In this document: piece by piece, positions 47,653 to 57,039 of the stretch
Layout: each line of letters opens with the position of its first letter
Position numbering within the stretch: position 1 is the stretch's first letter
IMG/VR virus record: IMGVR_UViG_3300005573_000055
Location: 32,001-96,000 of that record
Source of the DNA: a virus
DNA: 64,000 nt
Reading direction: 5' to 3' (one strand)
Made by a program: the position numbers and the translations under genes
The notes under the pieces: model-generated
Seen by the model: only the letters and a program-made list of their open reading frames with translations
Databases searched by the model: none
What the model was told of the DNA's origin: nothing

Positions 47653-48783
47653 TTAAGTTTTTAGTATTTTCTTTCGCACCAAAGAAATCTTTGTGGTCTT
47701 AAAATATCTCAAGTATGTTGTGGGACTTGGCAGTCCTCTTTCTTTGGCAAGCTTTCTATATTCGCTGTAAGGCGGTACGTGACCTAGTTCTTCGCACAGA
47801 TCCTTATATATCTTAGAGAGCATTTTTATAGTATATCTTTTGTGTATACGTCCTATAGGCCTAAAGCCTGCATGAAGTCGGAGTTCATTCATCCCGCCAA
47901 ATCTTACGCAGAATACATCTGCGTTGTAGATTTCATCGCTGTTATTTAGCATTTCAGATGTAGCACCATATTCATAACAGCCATACTTCATTGAAAATGC
48001 TTTATACATTTCAATTAGTTCTTCATTGGTTTCAGTTACCTCTTCGGGTGAAGAATTAGCTGGTTTTATCCCCGCAGCTTTAATTGCATTTATCCACGAG
48101 CCAAAGTATTTTTTGTAATGATGGTCCTTAAAGCCAAGCTTATCCAGCTCTGTAGATGCCGGAGCTTTACCATATTTCTTATAATACTCCTTTATCCTTT
48201 TAAGGATTATTTCTCTTGTTATAGGTGGCTCTTTTAGGCCATATAGAATGAGTATATCATTATATTTAAGATTAAACTTAGTCCTTATATAGTTTATGCT
48301 TGGAACATAGCTTGCATCTCTCCTTCTGTCAAAGTCATGCCAGTTCTTCGGCTTAATCCGCTTAAACTCGCGGATAAATCTTTTGATGACTTCTTCTTTA
48401 GTCAAAGACTCATAGAACTCCCTTTTATTAGTTCTCAAGGGAGATGAACCAAAAATCTCCATGCATATGTCAAACCATGTCTTGTTGCCGAAATACTCTT
48501 TTATTGTCTTCATGTCTATTCTATAAACCTTATACATATCGGCAAGATATGGTATGCGCTTATACTTCTTATAAAACTTCATTGCTAGTTCTGCTATGTA
48601 CTCCCTTGAAAGATCCTTGTGAACATTTACTGGAAGATTAGCTTTCTTAAGAGCATTGTTCCATGAGCCAAATCTTGAATATGCAAACCAATGAATGCTA
48701 TATGGCATTTCTTTTCTTTTTGGAGAGCGGCCATGTTTCTTATAGAAATCTTTAAGGTGTTGAATAAACTCCTTACGGGTCAT
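47653..48783 (-). CDS. homing-endonuclease-associated repeat protein
   Basis: repeated FGSWNNALKKA / FGSWINAIKAAG / FGGMNELR units; no nuclease domain evident. Confidence 0.8.
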   Translation of the reverse strand: MTRKEFIQHLKDFYKKHGRSPKRKEMPYSIHWFAYSRFGSWNNALKKANLPVNVHKDLSREYIAELAMKFYKKYKRIPYLADMYKVYRIDMKTIKEYFGNKTWFDICMEIFGSSPLRTNKREFYESLTKEEVIKRFIREFKRIKPKNWHDFDRRRDASYVPSINYIRTKFNLKYNDILILYGLKEPPITREIILKRIKEYYKKYGKAPASTELDKLGFKDHHYKKYFGSWINAIKAAGIKPANSSPEEVTETNEELIEMYKAFSMKYGCYEYGATSEMLNNSDEIYNADVFCVRFGGMNELRLHAGFRPIGRIHKRYTIKMLSKIYKDLCEELGHVPPYSEYRKLAKERGLPSPTTYLRYFKTTKISLVRKKILKT

Positions 48784-49091
48784 ACGTCTTGGTTATAATC
48801 CCCTATTTCATTTACTATTTCAAAATTGTCTTTAAGTATCTTTCTAAGCTCGTCTGTAATAGCTGGCTTTCCACAGTATTCACAATTAATATGCAACGCA
48901 AAATATGCTTGGTCATATAGAGGACTGAAGTCGCCATCCATAAAGCATGACAGTAAAACATCTATGTCAAATGCATCATATATGGAAACCATGTGGAAAA
49001 TTATGTCGTTGCCGCAGTTTTGGCATTTGAGCTTCTCCGGATGGTGCTCTTTGAGCTCTTCTAATACCTTTACTTCTTCGCTGAAGTTCAT
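48780..49091 (-). CDS. CxxC...CxxC Zn-binding protein (paralog of 47330-47641)
   Basis: KCQNC...CEYCGKP. Confidence 0.6.
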   Translation of the reverse strand: MNFSEEVKVLEELKEHHPEKLKCQNCGNDIIFHMVSIYDAFDIDVLLSCFMDGDFSPLYDQAYFALHINCEYCGKPAITDELRKILKDNFEIVNEIGDYNQDV

Positions 49092-49095
49092 TTTT

Positions 49096-49443
49096 CTATT
49101 CCTCCGTAAGGTTTATATGTACGATTGCGTTGTCACGGAATAAAGATATTATTCTCCTTAAGAACTCAAGTCTCTTGATGACTTCATCATACTGATTGTC
49201 AATACTGATGTCTAAATTCATAACATTCACATAAGGCAGTATCCTATCATCGATGTCATCAAGTACTTCATCAATTACATCACGAAAGTCTTCTACGGTT
49301 AAATAATCCTGCAGTGCATGGTCATATATTATACTCAAAGCAAGCACTTCCATATTATCCATTGGAGTTATTTCTACTGCAGTTTGAAGGCGCAGCTTAT
49401 ATCCAAGTTGATTTAAGGTATGTTTTGTTTTTGTTTCATTCAT
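49096..49443 (-). CDS. hypothetical protein
   Basis: 115 aa ORF within the operon. Confidence 0.5.
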   Translation of the reverse strand: MNETKTKHTLNQLGYKLRLQTAVEITPMDNMEVLALSIIYDHALQDYLTVEDFRDVIDEVLDDIDDRILPYVNVMNLDISIDNQYDEVIKRLEFLRRIISLFRDNAIVHINLTEE

Positions 49444-49684
49444 AGTAACTACCTCGTTCTACTTTGAATAAAGTCGATTCATCAAAGAGAAGAATATCGA
49501 GATTGATAATAGCTTCGAGTTTTGACTCAAGATTGGACATACAGAATGATGCAAGTTCTTCTCCTTTGCGCGGAATGTAAGTATATCCAATGAGTTTGTC
49601 GAGATCTCTTTCCATAGCAGGATCTCTTGGACCGCCAACTTTTATTACAAGAACAGGCTGAACTTCTTGAATGATACTTGCCAT
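49436..49684 (-). CDS. hypothetical protein
   Basis: 82 aa; AAGGAG RBS; downstream of the promoter-like motif. Confidence 0.55.
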   Translation of the reverse strand: MASIIQEVQPVLVIKVGGPRDPAMERDLDKLIGYTYIPRKGEELASFCMSNLESKLEAIINLDILLFDESTLFKVERGSYYE

Positions 49685-49710
49685 ATAAACTCCTTTATTA
49701 CTTATTAAAT

Positions 49711-49735
49711 AAAACCTTTTATTCTACTAATTAAT
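49711..49735 (-). promoter_or_regulatory. conserved promoter-like motif, copy 2
   Basis: identical 25-mer to 38006-38030; here GTGACT-17 bp-TAGAAT spacing is also present. Confidence 0.65.
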
Positions 49736-49787
49736 ATCCACTGAGTCACCATAGTTAGTATTCTAAGTAAAGCTTGTATATCAATAA

Positions 49788-50219
49788 TTAATTATGCTGC
49801 GGCTCTATGAAAGTCTCATCTTTTATGATTTTGCCAAATTTATCTTTCTTGTTGCCTTTAGCGTCATTGTGTTGACATATAGTACTCAGTACCTTTTTAG
49901 GATCATAACCGGCTATATATATTGCACCGATAGCGATATAAATTATATCTCCTAAAGCGTCAACCATATCAGAGGCCGTCATTTGACGTTCTGGATTGGT
50001 TGCAATTACCACCTTGCCGTTTTTAACATAGCTTGATATGTTTGAATGTTTAGAAGCAAACTCTCTTGATAAAGCTTTGGCTTCATTTCTTTCATATCCG
50101 CAAAACTCAAACAGCTCTTCTGCTAAGAGCATTGTTTGAAGATGATGGTTGAATTCTTTGAGTAAGTCTCTATCTTTATTCCAATTATATATTGATTGAA
50201 AGATTTCTTCTGCTGTCAT
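49788..50219 (-). CDS. MazG-like nucleoside triphosphate pyrophosphohydrolase
   Basis: EELFEF, DALGDIIYIA and N.AK...DKFGKIIK motifs. Confidence 0.8.
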   Translation of the reverse strand: MTAEEIFQSIYNWNKDRDLLKEFNHHLQTMLLAEELFEFCGYERNEAKALSREFASKHSNISSYVKNGKVVIATNPERQMTASDMVDALGDIIYIAIGAIYIAGYDPKKVLSTICQHNDAKGNKKDKFGKIIKDETFIEPQHN

Positions 50220-50228
50220 GTTTACTCC

Positions 50229-50597
50229 TTATTTCTTTTTTACTTTTACTGTACCAACTGTACCAATACCAACTTTACCTTTTTTATCAACAGTAATGGT
50301 GCTTATGCTGCTGGGTTGCTTAGATTGCTTTAGCTCTTTAAGACAGCTTGCGCATACCATACATGCATTGTCTTCGTCGTAGTAATATGTCTCTTCCCCG
50401 CAGAAAGAACAATATCCACTATGGTTGTCGTATAACACATTCCAGTTACTCAGTGGCATATAGTCATAACCTAGCTTCAATATACGAAGCTGAACTCTGT
50501 AATAAGCTAGTTCTTCACCGAGCTCATCAAAGACACTTTCTATTGTTTGTCTTACTCTGTCAGATAGTTTTGCTTCAAGTTTAGTTAGCTCATTCAT
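50229..50597 (-). CDS. Zn-finger hypothetical protein
   Basis: CSFCGE...CASC. Confidence 0.55.
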   Translation of the reverse strand: MNELTKLEAKLSDRVRQTIESVFDELGEELAYYRVQLRILKLGYDYMPLSNWNVLYDNHSGYCSFCGEETYYYDEDNACMVCASCLKELKQSKQPSSISTITVDKKGKVGIGTVGTVKVKKK

Positions 50598-50612
50598 CCT
50601 TAAACTCCTTCT

Positions 50613-50843
50613 TTATTTTGGTTCTTTAATTGGAATCCCTTGCCGAAGCATTCTTTCAAAGTTTTCTTTCTTAACAGCGTCAAGATTCCTTAATGCTTCT
50701 TCAACTGTTTCGCCGTCTGCAATAAAAGCATCACGACCAAGAAGCGGTATGCAAGCTGAATAACCTCCGCCTTCATCCTTTGGTATTTTGGTTATCTCAA
50801 TAGTGTAGCTTAAGTTTAAGTAATATTCCAAGTTCTTTTTCAT
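50613..50843 (-). CDS. hicB: HicB-family antitoxin domain (orphan)
   Basis: LEYYLNLSY, EGGGYSACIP.L, GETVEEALRN and GIPIKEP motifs. Confidence 0.85.
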   Translation of the reverse strand: MKKNLEYYLNLSYTIEITKIPKDEGGGYSACIPLLGRDAFIADGETVEEALRNLDAVKKENFERMLRQGIPIKEPK

Positions 50844-50855
50844 GAGTATATTCCT

Positions 50856-51212
50856 TTAAATTTTAGAATATTCAGCAAGGAAGAAGTCAAAATCATTCTC
50901 ATCAAGACTTAGCTGAAACTCCCTGTCAGACTTAAGCTCTGGTCTTTCAGGTCGCCACTTAAGTCTCATAATAAGCATTTTATCGCCCTCTGTAAGATTA
51001 CTTATATTTGCTCTGTTTATTAAAAGCTCAATTCCAGTCCATTGTTTAATCAGTTCTATATTGGCTCTATAACCAATATAGTTTTCGAGCGTTTTGGAAT
51101 TGTAAGCTTCTCTAAGATAGTTTGTAAACTCTTCCTTTGAAATTCTTCGAAGAGCATACACGCCTGGAGAAGGCATCATTGCTGAATTAAGCAGTAAGGT
51201 TTTCATTAGCAC
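50856..51212 (-). CDS. DUF1874 (STIV B116 / YddF / AcrIII-1-like) protein
   Basis: LLNS, GVY...IS.EE, YIGY (canonical IGH), TG.....NR, GD..LI.RL..R and terminal FFL pattern. Confidence 0.65.
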   Translation of the reverse strand: MLMKTLLLNSAMMPSPGVYALRRISKEEFTNYLREAYNSKTLENYIGYRANIELIKQWTGIELLINRANISNLTEGDKMLIMRLKWRPERPELKSDREFQLSLDENDFDFFLAEYSKI

Positions 51213-51253
51213 TCCTTGTTTGTCTTACAAATATAATAGGCAAAATAATAAGT

Positions 51254-51511
51254 TTAACTAACCAAATAATTAAGCAATTTCTCAATATATTCTATCATCT
51301 CTTCAGAAGTATCTTCTGGCAAAGTATACATGCCACTGCTATATACTAGGTCATAAATAAGATCATCTTTGCTGTAAACTGGATCTTCAGGCATGGGATG
51401 TTTCTCTATGTAGTTAAGTATATCTTCCTCGGCAATATCTAAATATATTGGATCTATCGCCGTAAAAAAACTGTCTTCGATTGCTGCAAGTACACGTTTA
51501 ATTACTATCAC
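51254..51511 (-). CDS. acidic hypothetical protein
   Basis: 85 aa; GGAGG RBS. Confidence 0.5.
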   Translation of the reverse strand: MIVIKRVLAAIEDSFFTAIDPIYLDIAEEDILNYIEKHPMPEDPVYSKDDLIYDLVYSSGMYTLPEDTSEEMIEYIEKLLNYLVS

Positions 51512-51938
51512 TTGGGCCTCCTATGAGTTTTGATCGATTAATTAAAAAGACAGTTAAAGCTAAAAAGCTTACAAGTGCTGTAGTAACTGATAAGTATTTT
51601 ATCCAGATTAGAAGCCACAGTGAACTGCTATACTTAAGAAGTATTGCGGCAAGCAGAGAAACAGTCATTATAGCTATACTGATAAGCAAAGCTCTATTAT
51701 ACCTTTGCCGGCTTTGTTTGATATCTTTAGACAAAAGATCTCTGCATATAGCATTTAGTATTAATGAATAAGCCAATGCAGAAATGTTTATAATAAATAA
51801 AAGCAATAATATAAGTGTAGTCCACAGTATAAAACCAACACCATTGCTAAACATATAGCTTAAATACGTTAAAAAACCAGTAACAAACAGCAGCCAGCCT
51901 ATACCAGCAAAGACTTGTACTGTTATCTTACTGCTCAT
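51498..51938 (-). CDS. 4-TM membrane protein
   Basis: four hydrophobic segments. Confidence 0.6.
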   Translation of the reverse strand: MSSKITVQVFAGIGWLLFVTGFLTYLSYMFSNGVGFILWTTLILLLLFIINISALAYSLILNAICRDLLSKDIKQSRQRYNRALLISIAIMTVSLLAAILLKYSSSLWLLIWIKYLSVTTALVSFLALTVFLINRSKLIGGPSDSN

Positions 51939-52341
51939 CGTGTGTCTCTAAACTGGTTTGCGGATTGCCTAAGAGATATTCTTTTTCAATTTGCTTTGTT
52001 TCTTTGTTATAATGAGATACACACACTGTTGCCGAAACAGGAATAATTCCTGATTCTATGTCTTTCTTTAATAATTCATACTCGTCTTTTGTTACCAATA
52101 CACCTGAAAAATCACCAACGCCAGAATTACTAACGGAAAAAGTACCATAAGGATTTGTAATTAATGTTCTTGTCCAAACTGCCATACCAGCTTCTACATT
52201 CCGCTCTTCACATACTGTTTCATCTGTATAGCCGCACTCAGAACAATATATGAGCTGATCACCTGTATCAGAATTATATTCGTTAGCGCATTTATATAAT
52301 CCGCATCGTGGACATTTCTCAATTGATGATATATGACTCAT
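51928..52341 (-). CDS. Zn-ribbon hypothetical protein
   Basis: CPRCG...CSECGY; ATG (MSHIS) preceded by AAGGAG. Confidence 0.6.
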   Translation of the reverse strand: MSHISSIEKCPRCGLYKCANEYNSDTGDQLIYCSECGYTDETVCEERNVEAGMAVWTRTLITNPYGTFSVSNSGVGDFSGVLVTKDEYELLKKDIESGIIPVSATVCVSHYNKETKQIEKEYLLGNPQTSLETHDEQ

Positions 52342-52360
52342 ATTGTTTCTCCTTGTATAT

Positions 52361-53158
52361 TTAGGAAAAATACTTAACAAACCTTCTCCTCTGCCAGCTC
52401 TCGAAAACCTTTCTTAGGCCCAGTAGTTGCAATAAGCTATTAAGCCAAGTGTATGGTTCTTTAATGGAAAACTTGCCTGGATCACCTTGGTATAAAAACC
52501 TTACTTTAATGTTTAACCTACCAGCAAGTTTTGATAAGTATTTATAACGCAAGGAGCCATCAAATTTCAGTTGGCCATATATCCATATGGCATTAAGAAG
52601 ATTCCAGTATTTATGTTGGCCGAAGTAGCTTGAACATGCTATGATAATGCTGTTACCGTATGGCTTAATCATATCATGAAGCTTATTGATATTCCTTCTT
52701 GTGCCGTCAACAAACAAATGGCCATTTGATAGCTGCACTCTTTCCTTAAGTAAGTCAACTAGCTCTTCTTCCGAGAGAAGTTTGTTCTCAAGATAAGACT
52801 CAATTGGCTCGCCTAAATAATAGTAAAGTTTTACTTGACTACTTAGCTTGCTAAATTGACTAATTACTTCACGGTAGTTGTAGTTGGGATTGTTTTTCTC
52901 AATGCCCCTGTTGCCCAAACCTTGTGCAAAGTCAACAAGCATAAACTCAAAGCCAGCTTTTACTGCACATTCAAAGTTTTTAATCATTCTTGCCGTGTAA
53001 GATGAAATATCATCTCCATCTTTCCACATAGTTCTAACGATAATGCCATTGAAGCCTTGAGATCTTAGCTTGCGTAGAGTTTCAAGGTCGAAATCAATCC
53101 AGTAATCTGGCAACCATATTCCCATGATGGTTGCTTTATCGTTATTTGCATTACACAT
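52361..53158 (-). CDS. hypothetical protein, possible glycoside-hydrolase-like TIM barrel
   Basis: alternating beta/alpha pattern; LRSQGFNGIIV and YYLGEP. Confidence 0.35.
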   Translation of the reverse strand: MCNANNDKATIMGIWLPDYWIDFDLETLRKLRSQGFNGIIVRTMWKDGDDISSYTARMIKNFECAVKAGFEFMLVDFAQGLGNRGIEKNNPNYNYREVISQFSKLSSQVKLYYYLGEPIESYLENKLLSEEELVDLLKERVQLSNGHLFVDGTRRNINKLHDMIKPYGNSIIIACSSYFGQHKYWNLLNAIWIYGQLKFDGSLRYKYLSKLAGRLNIKVRFLYQGDPGKFSIKEPYTWLNSLLQLLGLRKVFESWQRRRFVKYFS

Positions 53159-53176
53159 ACTTCCGGAGACAATAAT

Positions 53177-53572
53177 TTATTCTTCAAACATTCTAGCAAC
53201 TTCTTCAAGCGCAAACCAGGCTAAGCCATTTCTGATGGTATATGAAGTATCGCTTTTGTCTCGTGTATATAAAGCTAGTCCTATATCATTGTCGCTTAGG
53301 TTTAAATCTTTAAGACAGTTAAAGTTCCTAATTAACTCAAATAAGCTAGTGCCTATCCCACTTGCAAGCTCTTCTGCGAGTTTTAGGATTTGTTTTTTAT
53401 GTCTGTTGAAAAATCTATTTGTATCATCATAATAAATAAAACCATCAAAGCCAGTATCTGCCCCATGTTCTAGAACGTCTGGAATTGATTCTTTACCTAC
53501 TTGTCTTATGACTGCTTTGATTAGTGATTCATATTCTTTGTTCTCAGCTAAGACTTGCTTTAGTGTTTTCAT
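53177..53572 (-). CDS. conserved phage hypothetical protein
   Basis: HGADTGFDGFIYY..T..FF and NGLAWFALEEVA motifs familiar from phage early proteins. Confidence 0.6.
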   Translation of the reverse strand: MKTLKQVLAENKEYESLIKAVIRQVGKESIPDVLEHGADTGFDGFIYYDDTNRFFNRHKKQILKLAEELASGIGTSLFELIRNFNCLKDLNLSDNDIGLALYTRDKSDTSYTIRNGLAWFALEEVARMFEE

Positions 53573-53609
53573 TTCTTATCTCCTTTATTAAACTAGGTTA
53601 GTTAAACAT

Positions 53610-54188
53610 TTATGTTGTGCATATCTCTGTATAGCCACGGAGTACTGAAGCTCCAAGCTCTCCTTCGGGAAGCGGAGTATCACAGTGCTTGATGTTGTAA
53701 TCTGGCAATTTAGATTCGAGCACTCCATCTTTAGTGTAGACAAATATCTTTCTTTTATTGCCTGGACCATAGTCAACATAGTCATTTTCAATTTCTGCCG
53801 AAAAAACAGCATAGATATTCCAATGATGTGGCTCAGAAAGCAAAGAATGTTGCGCATATACAGGAATGGTTTTAATTTCCATAGAAACATTATATCCTTG
53901 CTCGACGAGTGCTTTAGCTATTTTCGATTTGTCAAGAATTTGCTGAAAAGTAAGGCCTAGCTCTTCCAAGTTATTATTAACTGCATTAGAAAATGCTTCA
54001 ATTGATTTGAGTTTGTAATCCTCCGGGAAATCCTGAAAGCTATTGGTGTACATCTTAATTCTATTATTGTAAACGCTCTTGATCTTTACAGCCTCTACTA
54101 TTTCGTGCGACTGAAAGACCTTAATACCTTGAGCTTCAGCATTGTCTTTCGAGAAGTTGCACAGCTTGTAGAATTCTTCTCTTGTCAT
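53610..54188 (-). CDS. hypothetical protein
   Basis: 192 aa; GGAGG RBS. Confidence 0.55.
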   Translation of the reverse strand: MTREEFYKLCNFSKDNAEAQGIKVFQSHEIVEAVKIKSVYNNRIKMYTNSFQDFPEDYKLKSIEAFSNAVNNNLEELGLTFQQILDKSKIAKALVEQGYNVSMEIKTIPVYAQHSLLSEPHHWNIYAVFSAEIENDYVDYGPGNKRKIFVYTKDGVLESKLPDYNIKHCDTPLPEGELGASVLRGYTEICTT

Positions 54189-54202
54189 AAGCCCTCCGGT
54201 TT

Positions 54203-54700
54203 TTAATAAATTAGCTTTCCTTGCTCGATAAGCTTTTCAGCTTTACTTCTTAGTTTACCATCAAGGAGTTCAAGCAGCCTTACAGCTTTTTCTCCATGTC
54301 TCTCGTAAGAATCAATCAACAACTGAATATTACAGTAATCTCGCGTAGTAAAGTTTGACTTCCTTAGCTTTTCTTCAAGTTCACACAACTCTTGCTGACT
54401 TTGTATTGCATCAATTCCCCTTGCTAAATCTTGAGGTATATCATCATCAATCGTAACATATCTTCCAAACTTGTAGCTTTGAAGATCTTCAAAAGATGTT
54501 ATCTCATCGCACCAATAATTGCCTATCTTTGAACTACCATTCATTCCTTTAGCAGAGTTTTTTACCATTTCAGGAATGTTTTGCTTTGTGATGGTAAAAT
54601 TCGATCCGCCACTGAAAGTACTATAGTGATAGCATTTGTAATTCAGTTTTAGCAATTGATCAAAGATGTTCTTTGGTAAGAGACTTCTCTTAATGTACAT
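54203..54700 (-). CDS. hypothetical protein
   Basis: 165 aa; AGGAGG RBS. Confidence 0.55.
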   Translation of the reverse strand: MYIKRSLLPKNIFDQLLKLNYKCYHYSTFSGGSNFTITKQNIPEMVKNSAKGMNGSSKIGNYWCDEITSFEDLQSYKFGRYVTIDDDIPQDLARGIDAIQSQQELCELEEKLRKSNFTTRDYCNIQLLIDSYERHGEKAVRLLELLDGKLRSKAEKLIEQGKLIY

Positions 54701-54718
54701 TTTACCTCCTATTTATGT

Positions 54719-54979
54719 CTATTTATGTTTAAACTCTTCTTCAATTTTTTCAGCAACTTCCAGTAATTCTTCTTCATCCAGAAACATCTGAACCAAATCG
54801 TCGCCTGCATAGTCAATTTGAAATAACATATATTCATTTTTGTCTAACTTAAATCCTCTCAATATTGTTGTTGAATCCAAGTCCTTTGTAAGAATCTCCT
54901 GCTTTGATTTCATGTCGCACACCATGTTATAAAGTGTGGTTGCGTCTACTGAAATTTCAGGCTCTAGTTCCCTATCCAT
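54719..54979 (-). CDS. acidic hypothetical protein
   Basis: 86 aa; AGGAGG RBS. Confidence 0.55.
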   Translation of the reverse strand: MDRELEPEISVDATTLYNMVCDMKSKQEILTKDLDSTTILRGFKLDKNEYMLFQIDYAGDDLVQMFLDEEELLEVAEKIEEEFKHK

Positions 54980-55190
54980 TTTCCCTCCTATGAACTTGTT
55001 TGACTATTGTTTTCATCTTTTTTGATAAACCGTTTGTAAAAATCTTCAGATTGAACGTAATTGTCAACCATGGCTTTAAGAGTCCTTAATCGCCTATTTG
55101 CAGCTCTATAATAAACAACAATAAACAACGACTATGCTAGCGATTATCCCATATGCAAAGACAAGAGCTATTACTGTCATTTCTGTCATT

Positions 55191-55748
55191 TTAAAATTCA
55201 TACTGATCTTGACGTGGTATTTCAACCAAATAGATGAAATAATTCTTACGTTTAATAGCTGATTCAAAATGTGAAATTTCATAGTTTGGAAAGTTTTTCT
55301 TAACCTGCCGTATTGTATCTTTAATTACCTGATTTGGCGCGTTAGTAAGGAACATAACGGTTATAATTTCTCTACCTTCAGTCCACCAAAGTTCTATCAT
55401 GCGGAGCTTGTTCTTATTGTCTTGATCTCTGTTCTCTGCTGTATCACCAAGTTTGGATAGCACAAATGTATCTTCATCTGAGACTGTTATCTTTATAAGA
55501 GAACGCCATATCAAGTTAAATGCTTCCTCGAAATCTTCGAATGTAGGATTATCTTTCGTCTTTTTAAGATGAGATACTATAACACCTATCTCTTCATTCG
55601 GCATATTTGTAAGATATACACGGTTCATAAGACCGCCGTCTCCCATATCACACAGCACTTCAATAAAATGATAGGGCTTAAAGGTGTCATCAAGTATTTC
55701 TTTGTATTCATTAATATTTTCTTTCTTCATTTTCTTGTTTCTCCACAT
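55191..55748 (-). CDS. hypothetical protein with internal domain duplication
   Basis: IEV...YLTNMPNEEI...FEEA and IEL...FLTNAPNQVI...FESA. Confidence 0.55.
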   Translation of the reverse strand: MWRNKKMKKENINEYKEILDDTFKPYHFIEVLCDMGDGGLMNRVYLTNMPNEEIGVIVSHLKKTKDNPTFEDFEEAFNLIWRSLIKITVSDEDTFVLSKLGDTAENRDQDNKNKLRMIELWWTEGREIITVMFLTNAPNQVIKDTIRQVKKNFPNYEISHFESAIKRKNYFIYLVEIPRQDQYEF

Positions 55749-55905
55749 TTTGGTTTTCTTCTCTTGTAGCTGCTTTCCATGCTGCTTTAGACAGATCGGA
55801 AAACATCGGCAATAGAAACATAATCCACAAAATTCCCAAGGGGCCTATAAGTATTGCTGGCGCTATGGCCAGTAGCACAGCTATCAGAATTCCAAGTTTT
55901 CTCAT
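55711..55905 (-). CDS. small membrane protein
   Basis: hydrophobic N-terminal hairpin; AAGGAG RBS. Confidence 0.55.
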   Translation of the reverse strand: MRKLGILIAVLLAIAPAILIGPLGILWIMFLLPMFSDLSKAAWKAATREENQNVEKQENEERKY

Positions 55906-55919
55906 ATATTTATCTCCTT

Positions 55920-56615
55920 TTAAGTTAGTTCTCTTTCAAGTAAAGATTTTATCAGACTTTCAAGCTCTAAGATATCCATTTGTAGTTTTTCTTTGTCTTT
56001 TGGAATTTGCTTTCTATCTGACAATGAAAAATCTATTAGAGGAGTATCTCTGTCCATCGAAGCCCACAGTTTCTCGAAGCTTTCCTCGTCGATATTCTCA
56101 TATTCTTTGCCAAACTGCGATTCAACACATGAATAATCTAGTTGATGAATCGTATGTTCCTCGCTATCGACTTGTATCTTAAATTCACTTAGTATCGAGC
56201 GAACTTTGGATGACTCAGAGACATAGTATATACAACAATCACCAGGCTGATAATTTTCTTTCACAATAAACATCTCATCTGAGTATTTAGCGGTAGTCCT
56301 ATTATCTCCAATAGATGACTTCATTCTCTGATACAGTTTTTCCAAGTATTCAACAGCCTTTTGTTTATTTGAAAAAGGTATACTAGCAGGATACGTGGTT
56401 AATTCAAAATATGGTTCGCTGTAATGAAACTCTTCATAGACTTTATATCTTGTAAATTCCTGCCTTATAAATCTCTTACCTTTGAAATACTGAGTGCCTG
56501 GAATTAGGTTTAGTATTTCCTTTTTAAGATCATGAAACTTTACAGTATATTCAAAGGGAAGGGCGTTGATATTGTATCTATTGATATCGACAAGCAGTCT
56601 TAATATCTTTTCCAT
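55920..56615 (-). CDS. hypothetical protein
   Basis: 231 aa ORF within the operon. Confidence 0.5.
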   Translation of the reverse strand: MEKILRLLVDINRYNINALPFEYTVKFHDLKKEILNLIPGTQYFKGKRFIRQEFTRYKVYEEFHYSEPYFELTTYPASIPFSNKQKAVEYLEKLYQRMKSSIGDNRTTAKYSDEMFIVKENYQPGDCCIYYVSESSKVRSILSEFKIQVDSEEHTIHQLDYSCVESQFGKEYENIDEESFEKLWASMDRDTPLIDFSLSDRKQIPKDKEKLQMDILELESLIKSLLERELT

Positions 56616-57004
56616 TATAAATCTTCCTTTCGATCAATGATTTTATTAACTCTATTTTTTAACAACAAATACCTTTCTAATGTCTTTACTTTTTTAGCAG
56701 ACTCACTTTCTAAAATATATTCTCTCGGCACAACTTTATCGGCACATGGACTAATCTTATCTTCAAATTGTGAACGAGTTAAATCTATTTCCTCTCCGTT
56801 TGGCAACCGGTTCCAATAGTGATGATAATGCACACAGCATAAAATCTCTCCACCAAAAAAGTCTTGTATAATCAAGGCAGTAACTGCACACTGACCGAAA
56901 GCAGGATTTTGATTATTCCATTTTTCTTGGTCAGGTAAATAACAAGTTTCTTTAGACCAAGCCTTTTTTAAGGCATCTTCTAATAGCTTAATACTAATAT
57001 CCAT
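56615..57004 (-). CDS. YunG-like protein
   Basis: AWSKET, NPAFGQCAVTALIIQDFFGGEI, HYWN and DLTRSQF motifs (Cys-His-Asp). Confidence 0.75.
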   Translation of the reverse strand: MDISIKLLEDALKKAWSKETCYLPDQEKWNNQNPAFGQCAVTALIIQDFFGGEILCCVHYHHYWNRLPNGEEIDLTRSQFEDKISPCADKVVPREYILESESAKKVKTLERYLLLKNRVNKIIDRKEDL

Positions 57005-57039
57005 ACTGTTTTATCTCCTTTTTAAGATAAGAAAAAACG

